Origin: Oscillospiraceae bacterium
GTDB taxonomy: Bacteria > Bacillota > Clostridia > Oscillospirales > Ruminococcaceae
Assembly: GCA_030539275.1 (NCBI GenBank)
Contig: JAUNSK010000010.1
Coordinates: 32,348-56,347 of the forward strand
Direction of reading: 5' to 3'
DNA length: 24,000 bases
Positions 14,808-24,000 of this stretch are shown here, piece after piece. The notes beneath the pieces were generated by a model. The model was not told the DNA's origin. It ran no database searches and was given only the letters and a program-made list of their open reading frames with translations. Every line of letters begins with the position of its first letter. Within the stretch, counting starts at the first letter, position 1. A program made the position numbers and the translations under genes.

Positions 14808-16535
14808 ATGAAATACATTTCTGAATGGTTCTCAAAACTTGAGATCAAGCGTAAGGTGCAGTATATATTTATAAGCGCTGTAATAGTATGTGTACTCTTT
14901 TTTATTATACTGTTTTTTTCATTTATGCATCTGCGGATGTCTGAAAGTGTTCTTGAAAAAAGTACGGATAATCTCAATTCAATAGAACAGAATTTTGAAG
15001 CAGTAGTTTCAAATGTAAACAGCATAAGCAAGATTATAATGACAAATGATATTGTAACTGCATATCTGAAAAGGGATGTTGAGAGCCAGATCGATGCAAA
15101 TCTGGCACGAAGTGAGGTGTACAGTATTCTGAATTCCTTTGACGGTGGATATTCTGTGTTTGTATTCAGAAATGATACAAGCTATATAAAAACCGGCATC
15201 GGTATTATTCAGGCGGATAAACATGTTATTTTTCAGAGTGACTGGTTCGGATATGTAAACCGTCTCGAAGGAATGTTTACCCTGATACCGAACAGTTCAG
15301 GTGCATTCAGCTTCAATACCAAAACGGACATAGTATCGTTTGCAAGGATCATTAATGATGTTGACACCCAGATGCCTATTGGCATGCTTGTAATAAATAT
15401 CCCTGTGTCAGAGCTAAGACGTACATATGAAAATCTATCAGGAAATGAAAACGGATTTGCATATCTTGATTCGGATCTGAAGAGCATATGTTCTGATATG
15501 AACGGTGATGATCTCAGGGTTATCACGGAAAGATTCAAGGACCACCCGGAAACACTCAGTATGAAGGGAATTTTCAATACAAAAATCATTATTTCCAGAA
15601 AACTTGCTGATTCTGATATCTCTTTAATATGCAAGTCAGATGTACGCATTATGGAAGGAGTAACAACCGAACTGGCAGCCATAATCATCGGTGTTCTGTT
15701 TATTGTGATTATTATAATGCTTTTTGTAAATACCTGCATAAACAGGTACATGACTTATCCGCTGAGCAAGCTTGCTGACAGTATGAAAAAAGCTGAATCC
15801 GGTCTTCTTATGAGAGTCAGTGTAAGGACAAATGATGATGAAATAGGCAGACTGAAGGAACGATATAATGATATGCTTGTTCAGATAAATCGTCTGATCG
15901 AAAAACTGGTTGAACAGGAAAGACAGAGGCAGCAGGCTGAGATGAATGTAATTCAGGAACAGATGAAACCTCATTTTCTGTATAATACACTTGATACTAT
16001 AGCATATATGTCACTTGAAAATTCCAGGGAAGAAGTATATGGAGCGATAGAAACACTCGGAAGTTTCTACAGAAGATTTCTCAGCAAGGGAAGCGAAAAT
16101 ATACCGGTATCCGCTGAAATTGCAATAGTCAGGGATTACATAAAGCTTCAGAGGCTGCGATACAATGATATTTTTGAAGATGAGTATGATATACAGGAAG
16201 ACCTTGGTGATATAAAGATTCCGAAGCTTATTCTGCAGCCTCTGGTTGAAAACTCCATTTACCATGGAATAAGACCAAAGGGAGAGCATGGAATCATCAG
16301 AATTAAGATATTCTCTGAAGATGATTATATGCACATAATTATTTATGACAGTGGTATCGGTATGACCCAGGAGCAGATAAACGGACTGATGAGCGGAAGC
16401 AACGAGAAGAGTTTCGGGTTCAAAGCCACTATGGAAAGAATCAAAAACTATTATCAGAAAAAAAATGTTTTTGAAATAAAAAGCTGCGTCGGAGAATACT
16501 GCGAAATTGAAATAAAAATCCCTCTTAAGTATTAA
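14808..16535 (+). CDS. Sensor histidine kinase, YesM-like (2 TM, HAMP, His_kinase, HATPase_c)
   Basis: AGGGAG RBS before ATG 14808. HAMP region DEIGRLKERYNDM. H-box region KPHFLYNTLDTI. N-box region LQPLVENSIYHGI. Confidence 0.9.
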   Translation: MKYISEWFSKLEIKRKVQYIFISAVIVCVLFFIILFFSFMHLRMSESVLEKSTDNLNSIEQNFEAVVSNVNSISKIIMTNDIVTAYLKRDVESQIDANLARSEVYSILNSFDGGYSVFVFRNDTSYIKTGIGIIQADKHVIFQSDWFGYVNRLEGMFTLIPNSSGAFSFNTKTDIVSFARIINDVDTQMPIGMLVINIPVSELRRTYENLSGNENGFAYLDSDLKSICSDMNGDDLRVITERFKDHPETLSMKGIFNTKIIISRKLADSDISLICKSDVRIMEGVTTELAAIIIGVLFIVIIIMLFVNTCINRYMTYPLSKLADSMKKAESGLLMRVSVRTNDDEIGRLKERYNDMLVQINRLIEKLVEQERQRQQAEMNVIQEQMKPHFLYNTLDTIAYMSLENSREEVYGAIETLGSFYRRFLSKGSENIPVSAEIAIVRDYIKLQRLRYNDIFEDEYDIQEDLGDIKIPKLILQPLVENSIYHGIRPKGEHGIIRIKIFSEDDYMHIIIYDSGIGMTQEQINGLMSGSNEKSFGFKATMERIKNYYQKKNVFEIKSCVGEYCEIEIKIPLKY

Positions 16536-16554
16536 TAAGAATGTTGGTGAAAAT

Positions 16555-17292
16555 ATGTACAGAGTTATGATTATTGATGACGAGAGATCCCTCAGAAATC
16601 TGCTTAAGCTGACTATCAAATGGGATGATTATGGTCTTGTTGTTGCCGGAGAAGCAGAGAGCGGAATAGAAGCTATAAATATTATCGATGAGGTGAAGCC
16701 TGACATTATTTTTGTAGATATCAGGATGCCATTTATGGATGGTATAGAATTTTCCAAGCTTGCGATGAAACAGTATCCTGATCTTAAGATCATCATACTG
16801 ACGGCTTTTAATGATTTTGAGTATGCAAGGCAGTGCATCGGGATCGGAGTATGTGAGTATCTTACAAAGCCTATTGTAAGAAATGAAGTGACACAGGCCA
16901 TCGAAAAAATTGTGAGTGAGCTCAATTCCAGAAACCCGAAGGAAAAAACTGATGAGGGCGGCGATATTCCAGGCAGTATGAAAAAAATATGTACATACAT
17001 AAAAGAAAATTTCACAAATCCTCAGCTTAATCTTACAGTCACCGCAAACAGGTTCGGATTTAATCCCAGCTATTTCAGCAGGAGATTTAAAGAAAGCGTA
17101 GGAATGAGCTTTGTCGATTATGTTACAAGATGCAGGATGGAGAAGGCGATGGAATATCTTCATAATAAAACTGCTATGTACATAACAGCCAGGGAGGTAG
17201 GCATTCCGGATCCCAACTATTTCAGCAAGTGTTTTAAAAAATTTACAGGCAAGGCTTATACTGAACTTATGAAAAATGAAACAACCGGATGA
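16555..17292 (+). CDS. Response regulator with AraC-type HTH output (YesN-like)
   Basis: The receiver domain has DIIFVDIRMPFMDG (phospho-acceptor Asp). The C-terminus carries an AraC HTH (PSYFSRRFKESVGMSFVDY...PNYFSKCFKKFTG). Confidence 0.9.
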   Translation: MYRVMIIDDERSLRNLLKLTIKWDDYGLVVAGEAESGIEAINIIDEVKPDIIFVDIRMPFMDGIEFSKLAMKQYPDLKIIILTAFNDFEYARQCIGIGVCEYLTKPIVRNEVTQAIEKIVSELNSRNPKEKTDEGGDIPGSMKKICTYIKENFTNPQLNLTVTANRFGFNPSYFSRRFKESVGMSFVDYVTRCRMEKAMEYLHNKTAMYITAREVGIPDPNYFSKCFKKFTGKAYTELMKNETTG

Positions 17293-17313
17293 AGATTTTC
17301 ATCCGGTTGTTTC
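17278..17313. terminator. Bidirectional terminator between convergent regulator genes
   Basis: A 16-bp perfect stem gaaacaaccggatgaa / ttcatccggttgtttc that overlaps both stop codons. Confidence 0.75.
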
Positions 17314-18196
17314 ATTCATCATTACTTTTGGTATATGCGCTTTTATAAAGTCTCTTGAAATCAGACGGGGTGCAGTGCTTTATTTCCTTGAAGATTCGGT
17401 TAAAAGAAGTGATGCTTGAGAACCCTGAACGCATTGCGACCTCTGTTATCGGAATATCCGGGTTTAACAGCAGGGCTTCTGCGGCTTTTGTTCTCTTGGT
17501 ATTGATATACTGGATATATGATACGGTTGAGTACTGTCTGAATATACGGGAGAAGTGATATTTGCTGTATCCTGCAATAGCGGCCAGCTTATCAAGGGTA
17601 ATGTCGTACATATAGTTGCTGTCTATGTATTTTAGTACAGCTGTAAATTTTTCGTTATATTCGACCAGCTTTTCGGGTGTGCACTTAAGCATATTTTTAT
17701 ACTCATTCATCTGATTTTCACGTACTTTCAGAAGAAGTTCCAGAAGCTTCAGATATATTTTTGTTTCTGATAACTCGGAGTCTGAAAAATACTCGTCAAG
17801 AATATCGAGCATTGTTTTCTTAGCTATAACTTTAAGGTCACCATTTGTACTGGAATTTATAAATATAACGCTTGAAAAAATACGTGTTATCTGTCTGAGG
17901 GCCGGTATCTCCTCAAGAGCAGAGTTATCACACTGGAAAATAAGTCGTCGGCCGTTGCTTGGTGAACGGAGTGAATGGAGCTTGCCAGGTGGAATTATTA
18001 CGAGGTCTCGCTCTTTCATATCGTATACTGTATTGTCTGCACATACAGTAAAACCGTTTTGCAGCGGCATGATTATTTCGATGGCATTGTGCCAGTGAAC
18101 CGGATAATTTTCATCTTCCATGTTGTCGTAAAGGATGATAAAATGATTATCTGAATACTCGACAGTTTCATGCTCACCATTTAAATGCTTGATCAT
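17312..18196 (-). CDS. AraC-family transcriptional regulator with N-terminal cupin sensor domain
   Basis: The N-terminus has HWHNAIEII and GKLHSL cupin-like motifs. The C-terminus has a double HTH (SKYHFSRIFRQ...SSITSFNRIFKE). It is divergent from the 18423 operon. Confidence 0.85.
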   Translation of the reverse strand: MIKHLNGEHETVEYSDNHFIILYDNMEDENYPVHWHNAIEIIMPLQNGFTVCADNTVYDMKERDLVIIPPGKLHSLRSPSNGRRLIFQCDNSALEEIPALRQITRIFSSVIFINSSTNGDLKVIAKKTMLDILDEYFSDSELSETKIYLKLLELLLKVRENQMNEYKNMLKCTPEKLVEYNEKFTAVLKYIDSNYMYDITLDKLAAIAGYSKYHFSRIFRQYSTVSYIQYINTKRTKAAEALLLNPDIPITEVAMRSGFSSITSFNRIFKEIKHCTPSDFKRLYKSAYTKSNDE

Positions 18197-18422
18197 ATTA
18201 ACTCCTTAATCTCAAAATGACGTAATCGAATAATGATTTGACAGTACTATCAATTATTGCTCCTCGTATACTTATATTTTATCATATTTAGTGCTGCTTT
18301 GTAAATAGATAGGTTAAAAAACTAAAAAACTAAGCAAGTTTTGCGCAAATGCGAGCAATATATGGAGAGCAATTTTAGCTTATGTATAATATAATACAGT
18401 TAGAACAGATGGGGGTGAGTAT

Positions 18423-19289
18423 TTGAAGGCAGATTTTTTTGAGACTGACTATAAAAATTTTGGCAGATGCGCATGTCTTGATAATGGAACTGTCAGGATA
18501 ATGGCTACTGTGGATGTTGGCCCCAGAATAATATTTTTTGGACTAAGTGAGGGCAAAAATGTTCTTTTTGAAGATGAAGAGAGACATTTTTCTCAGCAAA
18601 ACGGAGAATTTGGGACCTGGTATGCATATGGAGGACACAGGATATGGTGCGCTCCTGAAGTACTGGATGAAACATATTTTCCTGATAATAAAAAAGTTAC
18701 ATATTCTTATACAAACGGAGTACTGATCCTTGAACAGGAGAAGACCGGGTTCGGCAAACAGTTTTCTCTGAGTATCAGTTTTACCGATGAAAATACTGTC
18801 CATGTGGAGAACAGTATATTAAACTGCTCAGACAGACCTCAGAAATTTGCACCCTGGTCTGTTACAGGGCTTGCGCCGGGCGGTACTGAGGTCATAAAGC
18901 TCTGCAGCAGCAATAACGGATTTTTGCCTAACAGAACAATGGCCCTGTGGAGTTACTCTGATATTAACGACAGACGTTTCAGACTCAGCAATGATACTGC
19001 AGTTCTTAGTCATGATTCCATGGATGATAGTGCATTTAAAGCAGGCTTTAATCTGACTGATGGTAAAGTCACGTATATAAATGACGGGTTGGTTTTCACA
19101 AAATCATTTGACGGATACAATAACAATTATAACTATCCTGACTTCGGGTGTAATTTTGAAACATATACAAACAGGTATTTTCTTGAGTGTGAAATATTAG
19201 GCGATTACCGTGAGTATTCTCCTTTGGAGAAGGCGATAATTACTGAAGACTGGTCTGTCAGAAAGGCTTGCAGCACCGATCAGGTATGA
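18423..19289 (+). CDS. Hypothetical 288-aa protein, first gene of the GH3-xylA-xylB operon (possibly mutarotase-like fold)
   Basis: TTG start 3 nt after GGGGGTGAG. The next in-frame ATG is at 18501. GGHRIWCAPE and beta-rich character loosely recall aldose-epimerase-like sugar-binding folds, and I cannot name a family with confidence. Confidence 0.6.
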   Translation: MKADFFETDYKNFGRCACLDNGTVRIMATVDVGPRIIFFGLSEGKNVLFEDEERHFSQQNGEFGTWYAYGGHRIWCAPEVLDETYFPDNKKVTYSYTNGVLILEQEKTGFGKQFSLSISFTDENTVHVENSILNCSDRPQKFAPWSVTGLAPGGTEVIKLCSSNNGFLPNRTMALWSYSDINDRRFRLSNDTAVLSHDSMDDSAFKAGFNLTDGKVTYINDGLVFTKSFDGYNNNYNYPDFGCNFETYTNRYFLECEILGDYREYSPLEKAIITEDWSVRKACSTDQV

Positions 19290-19319
19290 CAGCGGTGCAC
19301 TAATCGAAAGGGGAATTAA

Positions 19320-21392
19320 ATGAAAAAATATATGGATAAGTCTCTTCCTGTTCAGGAAAGGGCGGAATATATCACATCTCTGATGACAGTAACGCAGCAG
19401 GCTGAGCAGCTAACATATCAGGCTCCTGCAAACGAAAAAGCTGGTCTTGAATCTTACAACTGGTGGAATGAAGGACTGCATGGTGTAGCCAGAGCAGGTA
19501 CGGCAACAATGTTCCCTCAGGCAATCGGACTAGCTGCGATGTTTGATGAAGAGGAAATGAAAAATGTCGGAGATATAATCTCTGATGAGGCACGTGCAAA
19601 GTATAATGAATACAGCAGACATAATGACCATGATATATATAAGGGACTTACCCTATGGTCACCTAATATAAATATTTTCAGGGATCCGAGATGGGGACGC
19701 GGTCATGAAACATATGGCGAAGATCCGTATCTTACTGCAAAGCTCGGTGTGGCTTTTGTTAATGGACTGCAGGGAAGCGGAGAAGTTCTGAAAACTGCAG
19801 CCTGTGCAAAACATTTTGCAGTTCACAGCGGTCCTGAATCACTCAGACATGAATTTGATGCAAAAGTGTCAGAGAAGGATCTTGAAGAGACTTATCTTCC
19901 GGCATTCAGGGCACTTGTTAAGGATGCACATGTTGAAGGCGTTATGGGTGCCTATAACAGAGTAAATGGTGAGGCATCATGTGCAAGCAGTTATCTGATG
20001 AGCAAGCTTGATGAATGGGGCTTTGACGGTTATTTTGTTTCTGACTGCTGGGCAATCAGAGACTTTCATACAAATCACGGGCTTACAAAAACTGCACCGG
20101 AGTCAGCAGCTCTCGCTGTCAAGTCAGGATGTGATCTCAACTGCGGAAATACATATCTTCATATGCTGACAGCACTTGAGGAGGGTCTTGTTGATGACGC
20201 AGATATAACAAAAGCCTGTACACATCTGATGAGAACAAGAGTACGTCTTGGAATGTTTGATGAGAGTACACCATATGACAACATTCCTTACAGTGTGGTA
20301 TCAGGTAAAGAAAATAAAGAAGTATCAAGAAGATGCGCAGAAAAATCAATGGTTCTGCTTAAAAATAACGGAATTCTTCCGCTAGATAAAAACAAAATAA
20401 GCAGTATTGCAGTAATAGGACCAAATGCAGACAGCAGGGCAGCACTTGAAGGCAACTACTGCGGAAGAGCAGACAGATATGTAACATTTCTTGAAGGAAT
20501 TCAGGACGAATTTGACGGTAATGTCTTCTATTCAGAAGGATCTCATCTCTATAAGGACAGAGTAATGGCACTTGGCCTTCCGGATGACAGACTTTCAGAA
20601 GCAGCCATTGCTGCATCAAACGCTGATGTTGTTGTCCTCTGTGTCGGACTCGATGCTTCTGTTGAGGGTGAAGAAGGAGATACAGGAAATGAATTCAGCT
20701 CAGGAGACAAGAAAGATCTGAGACTCCCGGAACCTCAGAGAAAGCTCATAGCGAGAGTTATGAAGTGCGGCAAACCGGTTATTATCGTGAATGCAGCAGG
20801 CAGCAGTGTAAATGTGGAAGCAGACTGTGATGCACTGATACATGTCTGGTATCCTGGTCAGTTCGGAGGAAAGGCACTGGCTGATATTCTGTTCGGCAAT
20901 GTATCACCATCAGGAAAGCTCCCGGTTACTTTCTATAAGGAAGCCAGGGATCTTCCGGATTTCACTGACTATAGCATGGAGAACAGAACATACAGATATG
21001 CAAAGGATAACGTGTTGTATCCGTTTGGTTTCGGACTTACTTATTCAGATATTGTATGTACTGATCTTTCATACAGTGACGGCACTGCATCAGTTACCAT
21101 TGTCAACAATGGAAAATGTGATACAGGTGATGTTATTGAGCTGTATGTTAAGGATACTTCGGAGTTTGCAGTTCCTAATGTAAGTCTCTGCGGTTTCAGA
21201 AGAGTATTTCTTAAAGCAGGACAGAAGCAGACTGTTGATATAAGCGTCGACAGGGAATTCCTTAAAATAGTTGATGATAACGGGATCAGGAGATCGACTG
21301 ACGGCAGACAGACACTCTTTGCAGGTACGTCACAGCCTGACAGCCTGAGTTGTGAACTTAACAGGAAATCATGCATAAGCATTGATATTTAA
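19320..21392 (+). CDS. Glycoside hydrolase family 3 (beta-xylosidase / beta-glucosidase type)
   Basis: GH3 motifs: NIFRDPRWGRGHETYGEDP, KHFAVHSG, and GYFVSDCWAI (nucleophile Asp region). It also has a C-terminal GH3_C and a Fn3-like domain. The neighbouring xylose genes favour xylosidase activity. Confidence 0.9.
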   Translation: MKKYMDKSLPVQERAEYITSLMTVTQQAEQLTYQAPANEKAGLESYNWWNEGLHGVARAGTATMFPQAIGLAAMFDEEEMKNVGDIISDEARAKYNEYSRHNDHDIYKGLTLWSPNINIFRDPRWGRGHETYGEDPYLTAKLGVAFVNGLQGSGEVLKTAACAKHFAVHSGPESLRHEFDAKVSEKDLEETYLPAFRALVKDAHVEGVMGAYNRVNGEASCASSYLMSKLDEWGFDGYFVSDCWAIRDFHTNHGLTKTAPESAALAVKSGCDLNCGNTYLHMLTALEEGLVDDADITKACTHLMRTRVRLGMFDESTPYDNIPYSVVSGKENKEVSRRCAEKSMVLLKNNGILPLDKNKISSIAVIGPNADSRAALEGNYCGRADRYVTFLEGIQDEFDGNVFYSEGSHLYKDRVMALGLPDDRLSEAAIAASNADVVVLCVGLDASVEGEEGDTGNEFSSGDKKDLRLPEPQRKLIARVMKCGKPVIIVNAAGSSVNVEADCDALIHVWYPGQFGGKALADILFGNVSPSGKLPVTFYKEARDLPDFTDYSMENRTYRYAKDNVLYPFGFGLTYSDIVCTDLSYSDGTASVTIVNNGKCDTGDVIELYVKDTSEFAVPNVSLCGFRRVFLKAGQKQTVDISVDREFLKIVDDNGIRRSTDGRQTLFAGTSQPDSLSCELNRKSCISIDI

Positions 21393-21424
21393 TAAACTGA
21401 TATAAAATTAATGGAGGATATATT

Positions 21425-22741
21425 ATGAAAGAGTATTTCAAGGGTATCGAAAAAATCAGATATGAGGGAAAAGACAGCAAAAATGCACTCGCATTTAAGT
21501 ATTACAATCCTGATGAGATCGTAAACGGTAAGCCGATGCGTGAAAATCTTAAGTTTGCTCTCTCATGGTGGCATACTATGGGCGGAGACGGAACAGATAT
21601 GTTCGGTGTTGGTACACAGGATAAAAAATGGGGAGAGACAGATCCGATGGCAGTTGCAAAAGCAAAGGTCGACGCTGCTTTTGAGATAATGGATAAGCTG
21701 TCAATCGATTACTTCTGTTTCCATGACAGAGATATAGCACCTGAAGCTGATAATCTTGGACTCACTAATGAGCGTATCGATACAATTACTGATTACATGA
21801 AAGAAAACATGGGCAGTAAAAAACTTCTCTGGGGAACTGCAAACTGCTTTGCAAATCCAAGATATATGCATGGTGCAGGCACATCACCGAGTGCTGATGT
21901 ATTTGCCTTTGCAGCAGCTCAGATCAAAAAGGCTATTGAGGCAACAGTAAAGCTCGGCGGAAACGGATATGTTTTCTGGGGCGGACGTGAAGGCTATGAA
22001 ACACTCCTCAATACAGATATGAAGCTTGAACAGGACAATATGGCAAGACTTATGAGAATGGCTGTTGACTATGCCCGTTCTATCGGATTCAAGGGTGATT
22101 TCTATATCGAACCTAAGCCAAAGGAACCAACAAAGCATCAGTATGATTTTGATACTGCAACAGTACTCGGATTTTTACGCAAATACGATCTGTTAAAGGA
22201 TTTCAGAATAAATATAGAAGCAAATCATGCAACACTTGCTCAGCATACATTCCAGCATGAGCTCAGAGTTGCAAGAGACAACGGAGTATTCGGCTCTATC
22301 GATGCAAATCAGGGCGATCCGCTTCTCGGATGGGATACAGACCAGTTCCCGACAAATATTTATGATGCAGTATTCTGCATGTATGAAGTTATCAAGGCAG
22401 GCGGATTTACAAACGGCGGACTTAACTTTGATGCAAAGGCACGCCGCGGATCATTTACACACGAAGATATATTCAACTGCTACATCGCAGGTATGGATAC
22501 ATTTGCTCTTGGCTATAAGGCAGCACTCAGGCTCATAGAGGACGGAAGAATTGAGAACTTCGTAAGCCAGAGATATTCATCATTCGACAGCGGAATCGGT
22601 GCAGATATTATTTCAGGCAAGGCTGATTTTATTTCACTTGAGAAATATGCACTCGAAAAGGGCGATGTTCTTGATTCTCTTACAAGCGGAGAACAGGAAA
22701 AGCTCGAAGCAATAGTAAACAACATACTTTTCAGCATGTAA
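21425..22741 (+). CDS. xylA: Xylose isomerase
   Basis: Hallmark motifs [20 protein letters not shown] and [15 protein letters not shown], at the 438-aa class II length. Confidence 0.95.
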   Translation: MKEYFKGIEKIRYEGKDSKNALAFKYYNPDEIVNGKPMRENLKFALSWWHTMGGDGTDMFGVGTQDKKWGETDPMAVAKAKVDAAFEIMDKLSIDYFCFHDRDIAPEADNLGLTNERIDTITDYMKENMGSKKLLWGTANCFANPRYMHGAGTSPSADVFAFAAAQIKKAIEATVKLGGNGYVFWGGREGYETLLNTDMKLEQDNMARLMRMAVDYARSIGFKGDFYIEPKPKEPTKHQYDFDTATVLGFLRKYDLLKDFRINIEANHATLAQHTFQHELRVARDNGVFGSIDANQGDPLLGWDTDQFPTNIYDAVFCMYEVIKAGGFTNGGLNFDAKARRGSFTHEDIFNCYIAGMDTFALGYKAALRLIEDGRIENFVSQRYSSFDSGIGADIISGKADFISLEKYALEKGDVLDSLTSGEQEKLEAIVNNILFSM

Positions 22742-22760
22742 TTTATAAAATATCATTTAT

Positions 22761-22790
22761 CAGTATGGCGGATTAGTCCGCCATTACTGT
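22761..22790 (+). other. Intercistronic hairpin between xylA and xylB (no T-run)
   Basis: cagtatggcgga / tccgccattactg stem with one bulge, immediately before the xylB RBS. Confidence 0.4.
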
Positions 22791-22807
22791 TATGAGGAGG
22801 AAAACTG

Positions 22808-24000
22808 ATGAAATATGTAATAGGTGTAGATATAGGAACAAGTGCAACAAAATCTGTTTTATTTGATGAGACAGGTAAAGTGATCTCATCGTCATCTCAG
22901 GAATATCCTTTGTACCAGGAAAAGAACGGCTATGCTGAGCAGGATCCTCGCGACTGGTATAATGCTTCGGTAACAACAATAAAACAGGTGATAGAGCAAA
23001 GCGGAGTAAGCAATAAAGATATAGCCGGAATCGGTTTGTCAGGACAGATGCATGGTCTTGTAATGCTCGATGAAAATAATGAAGTAATAAGAAAATCGAT
23101 AATCTGGTGCGATCAGCGCACAGGTAAGGAATGCGAAGAAATAACGCAGAGAGTGGGCGCACAGAGACTTATTGAGATAACTGCAAATCCGGCTCTCACA
23201 GGCTTTACAGCTTCAAAAATATTATGGGTACGCAATAATGAACCTGAAAACTATAAGAAGTGCAGACATATACTGCTTCCGAAGGATTATGTAAGATTTA
23301 TGCTGACCGGTGAATACGCAACAGAGGTTTCAGATGCATCCGGAATGCAGCTGCTTGATGTTCCGGGAAGATGCTGGTCTGATGAGGTGCTTGAGAAGCT
23401 TGATATAGACAGAGATCTTCTGCCTCAAGTGTATGAATCATGTGAGGTTACAGGTGCAGTAACTGCCGGTGCTGCTGCGCTGACAGGACTTATGGAAGGT
23501 ACACTTGTTGTCGGCGGAGCAGGGGATAATGCTGCTGCCGCAGTAGGCACAGGAATAGTTGAGGATAAAAAGGCATTTACAACAATAGGTACGAGCGGCG
23601 TTGTATTTGCACATACATCTGACATTGTAATTGATCCGAAGGGAAGAGTACATACTTTCTGCTGCGCTGTGCCGGGCTGCTGGCACATAATGGGCGTTAC
23701 ACAGGGCGCAGGGCTCTCACTTAAGTGGTTCAGGGATAATTTCTGCAGTGATGAAAAGAATACGGCAGAGCTTATGGGAGTAAGCGAGTATTATCTGATG
23801 GATAAGGAAGCTGCCACTGTCCCGGTCGGATCAGACAGACTGCTTTATCTTCCGTATCTTATGGGTGAAAGGACGCCTCATCTTGATCCGGACGCAAGAG
23901 GCGTATTTTTTGGTCTGTCTGCTATGCATACAAAAAAACATATGCTCAGGGCAGTTATGGAAGGCGTTGCATTCTCACTGCGTGACTGCAAGGAAATATG
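22808..24000 (+). CDS. xylB: Xylulokinase (FGGY family), 3' end beyond the window
   Basis: Not in the ORF track because it has no stop in the window. GAGGAGG RBS. Hand translation gives MKYVIGVDIGTSATKSVLFDE...YAEQDPRDWY...GLSGQMHGLV...GGAGDNAAAAVGTG, the canonical FGGY/XylB motifs. Confidence 0.9.
   Translation, partial: MKYVIGVDIGTSATKSVLFDETGKVISSSSQEYPLYQEKNGYAEQDPRDWYNASVTTIKQVIEQSGVSNKDIAGIGLSGQMHGLVMLDENNEVIRKSIIWCDQRTGKECEEITQRVGAQRLIEITANPALTGFTASKILWVRNNEPENYKKCRHILLPKDYVRFMLTGEYATEVSDASGMQLLDVPGRCWSDEVLEKLDIDRDLLPQVYESCEVTGAVTAGAAALTGLMEGTLVVGGAGDNAAAAVGTGIVEDKKAFTTIGTSGVVFAHTSDIVIDPKGRVHTFCCAVPGCWHIMGVTQGAGLSLKWFRDNFCSDEKNTAELMGVSEYYLMDKEAATVPVGSDRLLYLPYLMGERTPHLDPDARGVFFGLSAMHTKKHMLRAVMEGVAFSLRDCKEI

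Noticed and set aside
15233-17163. Several long minus-strand ORFs (15233-15751, 15636-15974, 16011-16619, 16525-17163, 16629-17015)
   Set aside because: All are antisense to the well-supported kinase and regulator genes, and all are hydrophobic or low-complexity shadow ORFs.
14808-17292. YesM/YesN-type two-component system as the missing AgrC/AgrA of the agrBD pair
   Set aside because: The kinase has a large periplasmic-type loop between only two TM helices, plus a HAMP domain. The regulator has an AraC output rather than LytTR. The pair sits at the end of a sugar ABC operon, so it is a sugar-sensing system, not a peptide receptor.
19372-23688. Short ORFs on either strand inside the GH3, xylA and xylB genes
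   Set aside because: They are shadow ORFs within genes that carry unambiguous family motifs.
1-24000. CRISPR arrays, IS elements or integrase genes
   Set aside because: I found no regularly spaced repeats, no transposase- or integrase-like translation, and no terminal inverted repeats. The only notable repeats are the tRNA-fragment copies and the short motifs listed above.

Overview
This looks like a low-GC Firmicutes/Clostridia-type chromosome segment, inferred from gene content only. The left ~5.3 kb is the right arm of a siphovirus-like prophage on the + strand. It carries tail proteins, a tail fibre, three tiny ORFs, a holin and a CHAP plus PG-binding endolysin. A moron-like cassette follows: a consensus promoter, a very acidic 78-aa protein and an XRE HTH protein. 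The prophage ends at a 3' fragment of a tRNA-Pro(GGG)-like gene. A second, more decayed copy of the same ~100-bp fragment plus terminator lies ~1.87 kb to the right. The two copies bracket a TetR plus flavodoxin/ferredoxin gene pair, which looks like a tandem-integration scar. Next come a bitopic membrane protein of unknown function and an orphan agrB-agrD autoinducing-peptide pair on the - strand. The agrD ORF is only 50 codons and is absent from the ORF track, and no agrC/agrA is present. Then come a divergent 280-aa protein with no recognisable domain and a ~760-bp AT-rich gap holding an orphan hairpin/terminator. The right half is a xylo-oligosaccharide/xylose utilisation locus: an ABC binding protein, two permeases, a YesM/YesN-type two-component system, an AraC regulator, an unknown 288-aa protein, a GH3 enzyme, xylA, and xylB cut by the window end. 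I saw no rRNA, intact tRNA, CRISPR array, transposase or integrase. All calls come from reading the sequence and translations; no database search was run.
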